DNA of 64,000 nt from Spirogloea muscicola (Eukaryota): positions 307,355 to 371,354 of the forward strand of contig WELB01000008.1 of the NCBI GenBank assembly GCA_009602725.1. The letters are read 5' to 3'. Positions 1-19,700 of this stretch are shown piece by piece (position 1 is the stretch's first letter; each line of letters begins with the position of its first letter). A program made the position numbers and the translations under genes. A model generated the notes under the pieces. The model searched no databases and was not told where the DNA came from. It saw only the letters and a list, made by a program, of their open reading frames with translations.

Positions 1-312
1 GAAGGACGGTGCGGGCCAGGTAGTGGGGCCGCTGCGCGATGCACCGGGTCAGCATGGCGGTTGCCAGCTGCATGTCGTTCAGCGTGTGCAGGCGGGCCGC
101 CGGCCGGAGGTGGTCCTGCAGCCGCCCCTGCAGCTGCTCCGCCACGAAGGCAGGTGCGCCCAGGGGGACGCCGAGGAGAGTGAGGCCCTCGGCCGGTGTC
201 TGGCAGCCCACGGGCAGGCCCAGGTGGGCTGGCAGGGGACCTGCCGGGGACCAGGCACAGCACTTGTCCGCCCTGATGTCCAGGCCGATCGCGCCCAGCT
301 GCACCTGGAGGG
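1..312 (-). mobile_element. 5'-truncated CRE-like non-LTR retrotransposon, end of RT domain and thumb; runs off the window edge
   Basis: Minus-strand frame not in the ORF track reads QLGAIGLDIRADKCCAWSP...GLTLLGVPLGAPAFVAEQL...MQLATAMLTRCIAQRPHYLARTV, matching RT motifs 6-7 and the thumb of CRE/SLACS-clade elements. It begins right after a CT-rich tract. Confidence 0.75.
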
Positions 313-1859
313 AAAGTGAACCCCCCATATCTTTGGCAAGGTCGTAAGGATGCAATAACGTGGGGCGCCATCATCGGAGGCGTTGGAGCGCCGCGGCGCT
401 CCTCGTGCGGCTCGTGCGGCCCTCCGGGTGCGCCACCGCCTACGCCGCAAAAAATGCCGGGCCCGACCCGCAAATCCGCCTGCCCCGCTCGCAGCTTCCC
501 CCGCGGCCGCGGCCGCGGCTTCGGCGGCCCCTTGCGCCGACTGCGGCCAAGCTCGAAGCTGCGGCTTGTTGGCGACTCGCGCACGTGCCCAGAGAAAGAA
601 GAAAGTGGCACGTGCCCAGAGGTGGTGGCAGTCGCTGGGCAGACCCGCTCGGGATAAAGTGCACGCGAATATGGCGCAGGAGTGGCCGTGTACAAGGGCG
701 CTGGCGCACCTCTGTTGCCGTGTAGATGAAGGTTCGTGGGCTGGCCTCAATGGGCGTGATGCCCTTCCGAGGAGCTTTTCCCTTCAGCGAATGTGACTTG
801 CCTGGAGTTAGCCGCATTGTGGGAGGTTTATCATGGTAGGTGCTTTCTGATGTCCCAGCGCGGCCTCCAAGCCACCAGTCAATCTGGAAGCGCTGTTCTT
901 CTCTAAGCTCATGCACAGAGGTCATGCTTAGCGGCCAGCTCGCAGCCGTTCATTGGAGTCCACTTCCTGCACCAGTCGTTTGACCTCTGGCCGCTGATTC
1001 GGGGCAAATGAGGTTTGCATAGACGCCTCCCTTCCGCTGCTTGGCGTGTACATGGCCTGCTTTGCTGGCTCTTGTTGTAATGATTGCTGTTGATCGCCAA
1101 GCCCGGGCTGCCGGCGGAGCGAGGAAAAGCGGGGAAGGCAACGGGACGGAGCTGCACGGTAGAATTAGCAACGAGCAATTTCCTCACAGAGACTCGTAGC
1201 TGGTGTGCAAGTGGCCCGCCCCGCGCACGCGCCGCGTGACGCCGTTTGAGAGCGTGCCCGTCAACCACCGGTAGCCCGGGCGTACTCTGCGGCGACGGCT
1301 CCTTGGAAAGCGGCGCCGGGGCCTTCTGTCGACCGTGGCGGCCAGCCGTACGACGCCTGAGATGCGCCAGGAGCGTGGGCAAGATTCTTCCACTGAAAGA
1401 CTGAAAGACGCTTCCATGAGAGGGCGGTGGCTGGGAGAGGCCAGCAAAATGAATGAACAAAGCTTTAAGGGCTAGGGAATGAAAGGGGCCGCCGATGGCT
1501 GTGAGTGGATAGACAGATATGTAAGGCGGAATTGGGGGTAACCGATAACAGTGAAGAGAGTGGTGGCGAAAAGAGCTGTAAACCGCCAGCCCACTAGAGA
1601 ATGATGTGTGTATTGAGTTGTGGAGGGCGAAAGAGAGAGGGGGAGAGAGAAAGAGAGAAGCAGCCCAAATAGAAACAACTCATTGAGAGAGGCGATGGCT
1701 GTGATCGGCCAGCCCAAAAAAAAGTGAGCAGAAGAAGACGAATTCTTTCAGTAGGGGGCGTCATCTGTGAGTGGCCAACCCAGATAATGAATGAAGCTCT
1801 TCCGAGGGGAGCGAGACAAGTACAGCACGACCCTAGAAAGCCGTTGACAACGCAGTGAC

Positions 1860-2070
1860 TTCTATTTGGAGATAGGAATCAGCCATGTAAGTGGCCTTCG
1901 CGTCCACAGCCCTTACCGTTTGTCTCTCCTTGTTCATCTGGGGCTTGGTGGCTTGACGTCCTGCAGCAGCTTGTGCAACAAGCGGTGTCTTGCTGGCTGG
2001 GGCAGCAGGGAAGCCGAATGCAATGCTACGGGATCTCTGGCCCTTGCACTGCACAAGCTCCACTACTGAC
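1860..2070 (+). mobile_element. Degenerate CRE-like RLE fragment
   Basis: Translates WLDVLQQLVQQAVSCWLGQQG, homologous to WLDLLHRLARRAAARRLGQQG of the 57984-58889 ORF. Confidence 0.55.
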
Positions 2071-3454
2071 TAGGAAAACACGAAAACTCTCACTTTGGCG
2101 CCTTTACTGCAATATGAGTAGAAGGAGGAGGTAGTGAGATACCTTCAGTGTTAAGTGATGGATAAAAGCTTCCATGCTTTGAGATCGTGAAGGAGGACCA
2201 AATTTGGGATCATTGCACACATTCATTTCACTTATAGTAATACAACTGATTTCATTAAAGTCTACAAAAATAAATTCTCAGAGGAACAGCAAAACTTGGT
2301 GTTTGCAGGTTCTGTGGACTTTAACGTTTCTCTTAATCATCATACTATACTTCAGATTAATCACTCGAGGAAAACCGTGAAGGATGTTCCTCAAAGCCAT
2401 TGTTTGTTAATATACGCCGAAATCTGGATGCTTCGAAAAGTACACATCAAACGTAACCCATACTTCTCGCTCTCATCAAACCGCTGATGATCTCTCCATT
2501 TCCAAGCAACGACTCTGGCATGTGCCCTCATCTGTTTGCCGGCCATGCCTTGACTGCCGCCTCAGGCTGTCGACATGGCAAGTGCTTCGGTTCTTTTTAT
2601 CTACGAGACTGACATGCAGCTGTGTCTGGATATTATTGACTGGCCATCTGTAGAAGCCACTTGCTTTGCTTGAGAAAATACGCTTCCCAAACCTTCACCA
2701 GTTGTCCTCTTTCTTGGGCCTGGCCTTCCAAAGCACATCGCCTCCTATGGAACGGCTTCTTCTTCATCAGAGAGAATAAGGTATTATGGTGCACATGAAG
2801 CAAAAGGAATACCAAGCCGAGCCAACATGCTTTTCATGCAGAACAGCGAAGAGATAGCAAAAGTGGGGCAAAACAGAGTGAAGCTCTAGGTTTAGAGGGG
2901 CTAAGGTTGCCGGGCGAAACACGGCTCCAACTTATGGAGAAGGCGTGCATGCGCTTGCAGCAAAAGGTTGGCCTAGCCAAGTAAGTGCACTGTTGTAGTG
3001 AAATGAAGATTCACAGGGGCTACGGTCATAGCACGAAAGCACAACTGAGGACGAACCCAGTAATCCTCCCCAGTCACTGTGTGTATTATCGTCTTGTCGT
3101 ATTGGCTTCCCTTTCAAATTCATGAGCACCTTGCGCCTTTCTTCTTTTCTTGCACATTCCCACGCTTTCGGACCTTGTTCACTCCTTTTGGGCTGGCCTC
3201 TCAACGCCATCCCCTTACTTTCAAAGTGCTGTTAGTTTCTTCAGAGCTGCCGCATACAGGGATGCGGGGGGGAAGCTTCACGTATCGACGGGCTTGCCGT
3301 TCGACCAAACGTCCCCTTTCTGACTGCATTCTCGAAAGGGGCAATTGCTGTAAAAAGAGAAATGATTTTTTCCTAGAGGTGCCAGGGCTCTAAGAGGAAG
3401 ACACGGCTCCAATGGAAGGGAAAGGCTGTGAGAGATTTAGTCCTAAGTCTTCTG

Positions 3455-4490
3455 ATGTAAGGCAATGGCTGTGAGAGGCCAGCCCAAAAGGAATGGACAA
3501 GGTCCGAGTGTAGGTAGCTCAGCCAAACGGATGAAGGATTGTAACAAGCCAGCCCGGAAAAGTTTACAAGGTCCTTGAGGGCCGAGAAGCGCTGAAACAC
3601 ATAATCAAGCAAGTGTAGGATAATCACTTGGTAAGCCCTACTTAGCTGCCGCAATTCAAAAGACTAGCTGCCAGAACGCAGGTATAGCCAGAAGCCAGAA
3701 GCTGCCAAAAGCTGCAGCTAGAGCACCGCCAGCACGCAGATGCAAGGCGTGGACCATGGACCGTGGACCCGCTGGAGGGATATGGAAAGGCGATATACCT
3801 GCGGTAGCGGACCAGCGGCGTTGAAGTTGGCCTGCTCGCCCCGCCTGCAGGACACAGCGCAGCGCGCAAGGCGGGTCAACAGGTCTCGCCACTGGAATCT
3901 AGAAGCCCCGTGCACATCAGATGGCCAGTGGATTAAATTCGTCCCCTTCGTCGTCCGGATGTGGCGTCTTTCGGCACCTTCGGACCTTGTTCCTTTTTTT
4001 GGGCTGGCCCATCACAGCCCCCGCCTCTTTGGAAGGAAGAAAGTGGCTCTGCCAAAAAGGGGCGAGATTTGCGAGCCGCCATCCCGAAAGAAATGGACAA
4101 TGTCCGAAGCGGCTGAGAAGCGCTTTCTTAAAGCTTTCCCGGAAACATGACAACTTAGTAACCTCTAATAAATCCATCTTATAATACATAAGCATCCTTT
4201 TCTACTTAGGAGCCGCACGTCAGATTAGCAGCCGGGAAGCAATCCCCTTGACGAAAGCCAGAGGCCGCTGCTAGACCACGGCCAGCACGGAGATGCAAAG
4301 CGTGGGCCAATGAACCGCTGGAGGCGTATGGACAGGCGCATGCAAAGCACCTGCGTTACCAGGCCAGCGACGTTGAAGTCGGCCTGCTTGCCCCGCCTGT
4401 GGGACACGGCGCGTAAGAGGTCTAGCCACTCAAAGCCCGTGCACATCGATGGCCAGAAGAACGAACTCGTCCGCTTCCCATGACTTCCTC
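3455..4490 (-). mobile_element. Two degenerate CRE-like ORF 3' ends plus 3'-terminal motif copies
   Basis: DEFNPLAI, EFVLLAIDVHG and WLDLLRAVSHRRGKQADFNVAGLVTQVLCMRLS are frameshifted homologues of the 57984 ORF C-terminus. A terminal hairpin motif lies at 3455-3505. Confidence 0.7.
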
Positions 4491-4494
4491 AGAG

Positions 4495-5360
4495 GTACTA
4501 TGTTTGGTTTGTGCGCGAGGCGGGGTATCATCTGGCGATGGAGGTGTCCGGCATCATGAATGATCTCTACAAGGCGCCACAAGTCATACGTGCGGCGTCT
4601 GGACGTGGTGGCCACCCCCAGTGCGGTGGGCCTTGCTGCTCCTGGAAGTGGTACTCATTGACGCATACAAGGCTGGAGCACCCACGTCAAGCGTGTCTGC
4701 CTGGGCAACGTGCAGCGCGGAGTGGAAAAAGGAGAGGCACTACAAGGACCACCCACTAGGAGACCACTTTTATTCGCGCGCTATGGACATAAACTGTGGC
4801 TACGACATGAAATGGTCCTCCCTCGTCCAGCATCTGGCCAGACTGGTTGACGCGCGTCGTCCAAGTCGGGGGGCCAGCTTGGGCCCCACTAGCATTCCGC
4901 ATAGAATGCGGCTTCCCTTTATTTGCATCGCTCGCAAGCTCTGGCTAATCATCAGCGTGCAGGGCGCGCTCTCAGTCAGGTCACCGGCTTCCATGGCGGC
5001 ACTCTGGCTCCCCAAGTTCAGCTTGTCGGATTTGTATGTGCTCACCCGTGGGTACTATTGTTACCATGTTACCTTAGACACCTTACGTAGAATGAACACC
5101 TTACGTAGGGCTTCGTCTTATGTAGCATTGTTTATATTGCACTAGATTCTGCCTGAACAATGTACTGGCTTGGGTTTGCCTCCCCTTCATTGGGTTACTG
5201 AGTGTCTCGTAGCAGCTTTGTTTCTGTTACTTAGCGCTTCCCCTGGCCCCCTTCTCGTACTCCGTTCATTCTTTTTCGGGCTGGTTGTTCCAGCCCCTAT
5301 TCTCAATGGGCGAGCACTTTCTTCTCCTTCATTTCGTGCGCACCGCACGCCTTCTCTCCC
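4495..5360 (+). mobile_element. CRE-like RLE element (subfamily C) with a nested subfamily A 3' end at 5192-5325
   Basis: Reads VREAGYHLAME...RLDVV...KKERHYKDHPLGDHF...LSDLYVLTRGY, then a 3' UTR interrupted by an insert flanked by the 8-bp duplication CCTTCATT (5184-5191, 5326-5333). Confidence 0.75.
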
Positions 5361-5649
5361 TACCGGATGGTCCGCGTACTTGGCCCCTTTGCCACGAGCG
5401 GCGCTGCTGCATGCACTGGCTTCGCAGGAGAGAGCCCCAGATTGGAACGGTCAATCACGAACTGTTGTGATTACCACGTCGGCAACGATGGCCGGAAGGC
5501 TTCAAGCCTGCATGGCTGTGTGGGTCTAGTGCCGTCCGGCCCTTTTGGAATATGTCTACTATTTATGGGCTGGCATTTTTCACAGCCCTCGCCCCCTGCG
5601 ACTGTCTATGTCCCTGCAGCGAAGAAGAAAGTGCTCGCCCATTGAGAAT

Positions 5650-5872
5650 AAGCGCTTGCTTTGCACCGCCGCGCTGGTCGCGCCCTTGCAGCAGCCTCTG
5701 GCTTGCGCAGCGGGGTTGCTCTTCCTCCCCTCAGCTCATCTGACTTCCTACTGCTGACACGGGGGTATTGAGGGCGCCCTGTCTGCCTAGCCTTTGGCTC
5801 CGTCATGAACACCTGTATGCATCTGGCTGGCATTTCACAGCCGATTCTTTCATATCAGCAGCCGCTTTCTTT
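5650..5872 (+). mobile_element. CRE-like 3' end and UTR (subfamily E)
   Basis: Encodes ASGLRSGVALPPLSSSDFLLLTRGY* plus UTR. Near-identical to 27970-28149; a diverged copy lies at about 52000-52160. Confidence 0.7.
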
Positions 5873-6138
5873 TCTGCAGAGCCACGATCAGATAGAAGTC
5901 ACCACCATCTCCGCCCGTCAGCGCCCCCCTCGTCCCACAACGATATCTCACCGCTCCCTCACTCGGCGGCCGCGCGGCGGCTGCGGCGGCGGCGGCGGCG
6001 GCGTCGGCGGCGACNGCGGCGACGGCGGCGGCGGAGACGCGCCGGGCGGCGCTGGACCGCCGCCTTGCCGCCGAGCTTCGTATCGCGGACTTCGTTCGTC
6101 CAGTCCGCAGGCCGCGGCCCATGCTTTGACGACAGGCC

Positions 6139-11988
<5,850 letters not shown>

Positions 11989-13748
11989 AGAGATAGATTC
12001 TCTCTCATGTCCTATTAATTTGAAACTTGACGTCAGTCCTGCATGTTAGAACCTTCAAATGACCTCTGTAAAAGGGCGGTGCTTTGGTGGTAACCCACAG
12101 CATGCCTTACATCTTTAGTCATACTTCGATTTTCAGGTGAAGGTGACCAGTTGTGTCCAGTCAATGCATAGGTGTAGCCTGATTAGTGGGGTTCACTACT
12201 TGTCTCACCTTAGCAGATAATAGATAGCACTTATAACCTTCAAATGACAGATGAGGAACGATTCTTGAGTTGCTCATCAATGGATTTGTGTAACTGATGC
12301 GAGCATATGCCTCAAAACCAGAATCACTGGATCAATGATCTGCACCTTAAGCTTTTGTGTAAGAGAGCTTGTAGCAAGCCTTCACCACTGTGCTGCAGCT
12401 TGTAATGGTGACCAACAGTGGACATTGAGTGAAAAGGACATCATCTACTTCGGTGTTAGCATGGGGGCATATGTCATTCACGCGTAGCGCTCGCAGGTAA
12501 TTCTTGCCATTACCTGCGAGCAGGCCAACTGGGAAATCCAATTGCGGCGATGAGCTTCTCGATAATTGGCTCGGCATCCGGGCTGCCCATGAGCAGGAAG
12601 AGGGGTGATGAACAGGGACGACAACCTTGGTCATCGCCGCCATTGAAAGGTAGTGATGGTTGCTCATGAAACTCAATATTGGTCGATGACACAACCAGTG
12701 TGAGCATCAGCCAGGGCGTAGAGTAGAATGTGGCAAAGAGCTACGGTTGCTGCCTGCTTCGCCATCCACATAGAGCAGCATGTTCAATGAATGGCCCACA
12801 CCACTGCAATAAACAGCAGTCAGGGTGTCCAAAAGATGAGGCAGAGAGCGGAACATTGCTGCCTGCTTTGCCACCAATAGGAAGCAGCATCCTCGAAAGA
12901 AGGCCCACACCATTAAAACGGAATCGAACCCGACACATCCTTGTGCCAAAGCCCCAAGCTCTCTGCCCATGCTCGTGCCTGATCAGAAAATCATATTCAT
13001 TCTGGTAGACGGGCTACTCACTTGTGATCGTACATGTTGACTGGTAGACTGCAAAGAAATAGTAGTATCAGACTCGCAAGGGCTAGCCCACATCCTTTCC
13101 CCCTCTGCTGCTAGCATCACAAGAGCTAGCCTAGTACCTTGGCAACACGACTTCCATCACGAACCCCATCTCCCTAAGGTTGAACCCCATCTCTATGAGG
13201 TTGTGATAAGTGCGTCATCCGAAGGCCTCCGAGTCAACTCACAGGAGCTCATAATTAGTGCATGTTGCACTCCAATGCCTACACCCACATCACCTTGCCC
13301 TCGAGCAGGTCCACAATCACTCCCGCCGCTTGTACTAAGCCCAAAAATGCACGTCTGGTTTAGCATTGTGCCGTGGCTAGTCACCTGCACTTGAGCTCAA
13401 CTTTCTCCCTTGTCACCACTGAAGCCCAAGAGAGATGGTGCAACTCCTTCCCTTATCCTCTAAGCCGCATGCGTGCCCCAACGACAAGATCTCCCTCAAA
13501 ATGCCCAAGGCATGATGAGCTGTTGGCCAGCTCGAAGTTGGCCAGCCTAAGCAATCCTTCCTGCTGTCAGCATGAAGAGTACCATCTGCCGATGAAGAAG
13601 GTGCCAGGTGGACTTCCGAATATTGTGGTAATATGCTTTTGCCTTTCAATTTTGCCGCACATTTAGCGCGTGCAACATGTCAAAGGCGAGACAATAAATT
13701 ATACACGTCAAGATGGGAGTTGCCATCTGACGGGCCTCCTATGGATCC

Positions 13749-16700
13749 TCACACGAGCTCGTCCTCCAAGAAGCTGTACTCAAATGTAAACTCTGTCTTG
13801 ATGCGCTGACACCTGTGCAAGCAAATGACTATACATCAGCCAATGGCAGAAATGCTCTGAAACAGGAGCAGACTCCTAGCAGTTGATTAGACGTCAACCT
13901 GATCATGCATTTCCACTCAAATGAAGCCAAACAATACCAGAAGAAGACTTGGTCTGGTCTAGTCTATTTACTATGACTATAAGTATCAGATAGTAACTTC
14001 AATTGAGCCCATGTCCAGCCACAGAGAGACTTCCATATAACAGCATACTGTAGAGTAGAGGTCAACAAACAGTACTGATACTGACAAGCATAAGGTGGGC
14101 TACACTGATTGGTCACCTAGTTCGTCCAGTGGTGAGATCTTACTAAGGTGGCTGGCAAGCAAAATTCTACACAAAAAATATTGCAGTGGACCGAGTGAAC
14201 ATGTGTGCTATGACAGGCAATTGCACTCACCAGCCAGTCTGAGAGTCGTCGTGAACAATGTGAAAGTCAAAGTAGACATATGTACCCTGCTCGTACTCCT
14301 CCGTGGTATGCTTGGGCTCGTCATGCCGTTGGAACCATGTATTGTACTTCTTATGGTAGCGCCATGACTGACGCTTCAGCTCCTTGGCTGCTAGATACTG
14401 CTGGTACATACCCTGCAGGCCCGACCACAATGGCACAACATCTGTGAGATCTCACCAGCACCAAGCGCAGATAAAAGTAACTCAGCAGGAGGAGAGAATT
14501 TGCACATATTGGCCCCATAGACTCAAGATCGATTGCACTCACATTCTGTGTCCGCTGGCCTGTTTAACCTAAACCAGCTGCAGTGATTATTGCAGAGTAG
14601 CAACAGCCCCTGTCAAACGGTGACTGGCAAACCTGCTGGTAGTAGAAGGCGAAGAAGAGCACATCTGTGTCCAATCGCTCCCACAACTGCGGATTTTCCA
14701 CGATGCTAGCGGGCGCCTGCGGGTAGCTAGAGGGTGTTGCAGTGGGATTTCTCTGAAACAGCAACTGGATCCTGATCAAGACCAGTCCAGCAACAGAGCA
14801 ACTCTTGACAGCACAAGAATACACAGCACAAGAATGTCAATAAACAACATGCAGCAGATCAGCGATTGGGTATCTGTGGGTATCTCCTCAGACAGCTCAA
14901 TTTTTGGCTTTCCAGCTTACTGGCGTGTAGCTCCGTGGCCGCTCTGAGTCCTTGGCCTGCGGAATGTTACGAAATGCCGCCTCCAGTAGTCGCAGGTCCA
15001 CAATCTGATCCTGGTGACCATGCAGCGGCGGCATGGCTCCTGCCAGGCCAAAGCCGCCAGCATTCAAGCCCACTGTAGAGGTTGCTGGTGCTGACGACGA
15101 CGACGTGGAAGCTGCGGCAGCGGCTGGGTCCTCGCTGGGCCCCGGCTGCTGAGCCGGCTCCGGCGCAATGGGCTTCCGCCCAATGACGCCAGGGCCCCCG
15201 GAGAGGGCCGCCATGCCACTCTGCTGCACAGGGTTCAGTGACACCGGAGTGGAGTCCAGATGACTTAGACTGGAGCTCGTCGCCGACGGCAACTGCTGTG
15301 ACAAGGGAAGCTGAGCCTGCAGGGACAAGCGTAAGAGAAGCATCAGCTGCTTACACGTCATGTAATGACGATGCAACTGTACACACTTTCAAGTAATCCA
15401 ATCCCGTAAGATTACATGAAGTAACTGCTGCAACACTATCAACTGAGGAGCATAATTGAGCTAGTATGCATACCACAAGACTTGCATGTTACTCTGTTTT
15501 CTTGAGACTATGCTACGTATAGACGATATGAACATCAGGCTTCCAGATTTCAGACATTGTCACTCTACCGTGTCAGCCTTTGGGGTGTCATCGTGCAGAG
15601 AGAGTTTGCGGTCAAGTGAGGCAGTGATGTCGCCAATGTCCTCGCCCTGGCTTGCCTCCTGCTGGCTGGGGCCTTTCTCTGGCAGCATGTGCCGTTCGTC
15701 GGCGTCTGCAGCAAGCCCAATAGAAGTTGAGATATATGTTGGCAGCCAATGAATCAGTGCGGCCCTTACCTCATCTCTCAAGGGCTAAGTCTCTTGCACA
15801 TGGCCTCAGTATGCTCTTCAGTCCTGAGCTCAAAGTACGAAGCTGCTGAGTGCAGGTATCTGATAACAGCAAGTACACCATGTGATGTCCTGAAAATATG
15901 AGATCATCGGAGCTGCAGTCAACATCCTCAGAACAGGTTGGAGTTACCTGAGTGACGGTTCTTGTCAGCTTGGTCTGTAGAGCTGACTGCACCTGGTGGC
16001 TGCAATCCTGGGGGCTGCAGCACGGGCTGCTGTTGAGGCTGCGCATAAGCCTCGTGAAAGTCATCAATGGCTTGACCAGCGCATGCCCTTGTGACAATAT
16101 GTGCTTGCTTTCCAAGATTGACAGTGTCTTCTATGCAACTTGCCTAAATGCATTTCAATCAAGCTTGGAGTACCCACCTGCATGCTGACAGCCCCTGCTT
16201 GATGTTGCCCTTCTGCAGCCGCAGTGTCCTGCGTAACCGACTGCCCACTGTCTTGGGCCGCGCCTGCTGTGGCTGCTGCGGCCGCAGCGGCTGCGGCCAG
16301 CACTGTGGGCCCAACGCCCTGCTGCTGCACTTGCTGGAAGCGGGAAATGTACCGCTGCTTCTGGTCGGGCGCAATCTCCGTCCTCGCCGCTCCCGCCTGG
16401 AACTGCACCGGTAGCGATTGACAAGGTCAATTCAAAGGGCAGTGACTGACAAGCCCAGTCCTCCTTCATTATTGCTATGCCTGCACTGTAAAGCTCAAGC
16501 CTGCACGATTGTCATACTTGTCCTTGGCTTGACCAGAGCAGATGCATATAAGGCAGGAAGTAGATGAACTCTGGAAGTTCGTGCATGCACGCTAACAAGA
16601 TGGTAACCTCAAGCTTCTGCTTGGGCAAGGACACCCCTGTCATACAAACAATTTCAACGATTAGACTTGACTTGCTAATGAAGGGCTTGCAAGGCTCTTG

Positions 16701-19700
16701 CAGCAATGTGTCCATGTAAGACCTTCAGTAAGTGTGCAAGTTTACAGCTGTGTCATACCTGCAGGTGGGGCGGCTGTGTCGACAGGCCTCGATTTACGCC
16801 GGCGCCGAGTGGCACACTGCCCCTCCCAAGGCTTGGGATGTCGCTGGAGATGCCTGGGCCTACTCGACGGGCACCGAGCTGAGTTGAGAGCACCCCGCTG
16901 GCCGCAGCACCGTCGTCCTCCTTGGGGCGCTGGGCAAGCGCCGCTCCCGACACCCCGGCGGCAGGAGTGGCGGGTGGGCCCACCCTTGCCAAGCTTGGCC
17001 GCGCTGCCAGGAGGGGGGCGCTGCTGCTTATGGGCGCTGCCCGCCCTGCAGGACTCATAGCACACCAACAATTTCAGCATGTTCAGATTGAATGCTGTGT
17101 GAATGAGCATAACAATAAGATGGAAATGAACTATATCTACTAGCATACGTCAATGAACGCATGCCCAAAAATACGGTAAAATTGGATAATAAAGGACAGG
17201 CCAAGTCTAGCTGCAACTTGCTCTTACCGCTGCTCAAGGTCCGGCTGAGCTCTGATGCCTTCAAGAGCACAGGGCTTGGAGCAGACATTAGACCACCCAC
17301 AGTCTGTGGGCTCAGTACAGCCGCGCCAGAGTGTGCCGGCAGAAGTGCTGCCGGCGATGTGCTCGCCTCTGACTCCAACTGAGCACTCTCAGTCGCATGT
17401 GAGTCGTCAACTGCGTCACTAGCAGCAGAACCATTGGTACTGGGAGATGGTCCACCAGAACTTGCTGCCGCCAGGAGGGCTGCTGCTGCAGCAGCCTGCT
17501 CACCAAAATAACAAACGGACAGTAGACAGTCAGATCATTGATAGGTGCACATCTGATCAAGCAGGAAGGCAACACAGGGTAGACTAACACATGGAGGATG
17601 TCATTTACTACGGTTGAGCAACTCAGAGTAACTGTGTCTGAAGCACAGGAACACTGTGCTACAGTAGTGAGGGCTATACCGCTTGCTGAGCAGCTGGAGG
17701 AGGAGGAAGTGGGGGCTTCAAATTGGCTGGGACAACCATGCCAGTGGCAGCAGCCACTGCTGCCTGCAAGGGGAAGGCCATGCGCAGTTCTCAGAAGAAG
17801 ACGCTTACATGCTGAATGCATAGTGGTTTGACCTTGCTAAGCGTTTCAAGTTCAAGGTTTAGGGTTTAGGATCCTCAACCCTGCTTGACATTCGTGCTAC
17901 AATGTCTCAAGCCAGGGCCGGCAGCATGATAGATTCTCAGCAGGTAGCAAAGTCTGGCTACAAACATGTGTATCATGTCTTGACTCTTTGAGCCCCTGCA
18001 TGTATGATTGCCTCTACAGCAGCTTGCCTTTTCCTTAACAACCACGGCCGTTGGTACAACAGGGATAGCGTCCAAGCTCTCCAATGCATCCAACTTCTCC
18101 AAGGGCAAGGATTGGTACAGATCATCAACGTCTTCAAAGTCGTCAAAGTCGTCCTGCACAACCAAAGTCGTCTTTCATGAGGTCGCTGTGCCTCACAGTT
18201 GTCCAGACAAGTGCATAGAGTGCATGAAGTAAAAGCCCCCCAGCCCACCAGCTTTGCTCACCAATATGTAAAACCCCTACTTATATGCACCCTCATTTGC
18301 ACACAAAGCCATAGATTTTGCTGTAGCTATAAGTTGGCACATACTCAAGCTGACAAATCTATCACCAACCCACCTCACCTGATTTCGTTCCACATAGTCC
18401 TCAACAAGGTCCTTGACGTCAGCCACCTGCTCTGGCTGGAGCTCATCATTGTCCAGCAGCCTCAGGACCATCTCCAGCTTGTTGATGTGAGCCTTGTGCC
18501 TCACTATGGACTCCTCCAAGTGTGTCTGTGCAGAGTGTGCCAGTAGTACCTTGTTATGATAATTGTGCTCTAAGTCCGATTGCCTATGACACAGCCACAT
18601 TGACAAATGGGTGCAAATGACATACCAAACGAGGAGGCCGCTGCTTCCCCTTCTTGACCTGGAGGCCCTCCATCTCACTTTCAAAGGAGTCAATCTGAGA
18701 CTCCAGCTCCGCAACCTACACGACGAACATCGCAGTGCCACTTCACAGTCTGGCCTTCTGTGCACGGGCTTGTCAATGAGTTGAAAGGTGCACTCACGCT
18801 CTGCTACATGACCAAAAAGGCTATAGCCAGTGCATCAATGTTAAATACTTCCATCATAAATTGCTCATGAGAACTTGCCATGTTGTTGAGCCACTCTCTT
18901 GACTCAGTTCTGGCCTTCTCTTTTGGATCCTGCACATCAATCATGGTTCAACTTCAGTCACTTGCACCTGTACAACTTAGTGGAATCTAATGTCTGTAAT
19001 TGCTCCAAACCTTCATCATTTTCTCAAAGCCCTGGACCACCATACGATTCAGGGCTTGCGGCACTCTACTAATGCTTGTGCTTTGGTGCAGTTAGCCCCC
19101 CCTTGAATACAGCTCGGGCAGAGAACACAAGACATTGCAAACAGTTCCTGTCCTCACCAGCTTGGAGTGCTGCCCTAGGCCCTCTTTAGAGAAGGCCTTT
19201 GTCTTGGTTTCTTTCTCACAGACCTTAAACCTCTCCATCTCCCTCTCTATTTGCTTCCTGGCATCTATCAAGGCCTGCTTCAAGTGAAATCAACACCAAC
19301 AGCTGAGATCTTCAGCTGACCTCCAAGCAGTAATCCTCCAAGCAGTAATGCTGAACTCCACAAGCTCCAGACGATGACTCATTGACATCCACACACAAGT
19401 ATCAATCAATCACTTGCACTGACGATTTCTGATGCTGTCAGCAGCATGCAACATGAGCACCAATTTTCAAAGAGCAGATTGCAGATTTGGCAAGCATCCT
19501 CCAGTCTCAGCATAAGGACTTGTCAGAACCTCTGGTAAGCAGGCCCCAACCTTCTTGTCCTTGATTTCACTGGACTGTATCCACGTCTTTATCTGGTCCC
19601 GGTACCTCTGCAGCTTCTTTATCTCTTTCTTCAAGTCCCCCTCGTACTTTTCCTTTTGGTTGGCATTGTCTGTATCATACACCTGAAAATGTCCCCCAGC

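Noticed and set aside
13500..13570. Minus-strand LLRLANFELA resembling a kinase DFG segment
   Set aside because: No other kinase motifs nearby and the frame is full of stops.
17855..17872. TTTAGGG-like repeats (also near 10971-10985)
   Set aside because: Only about two units inside introns; too short to call interstitial telomere.
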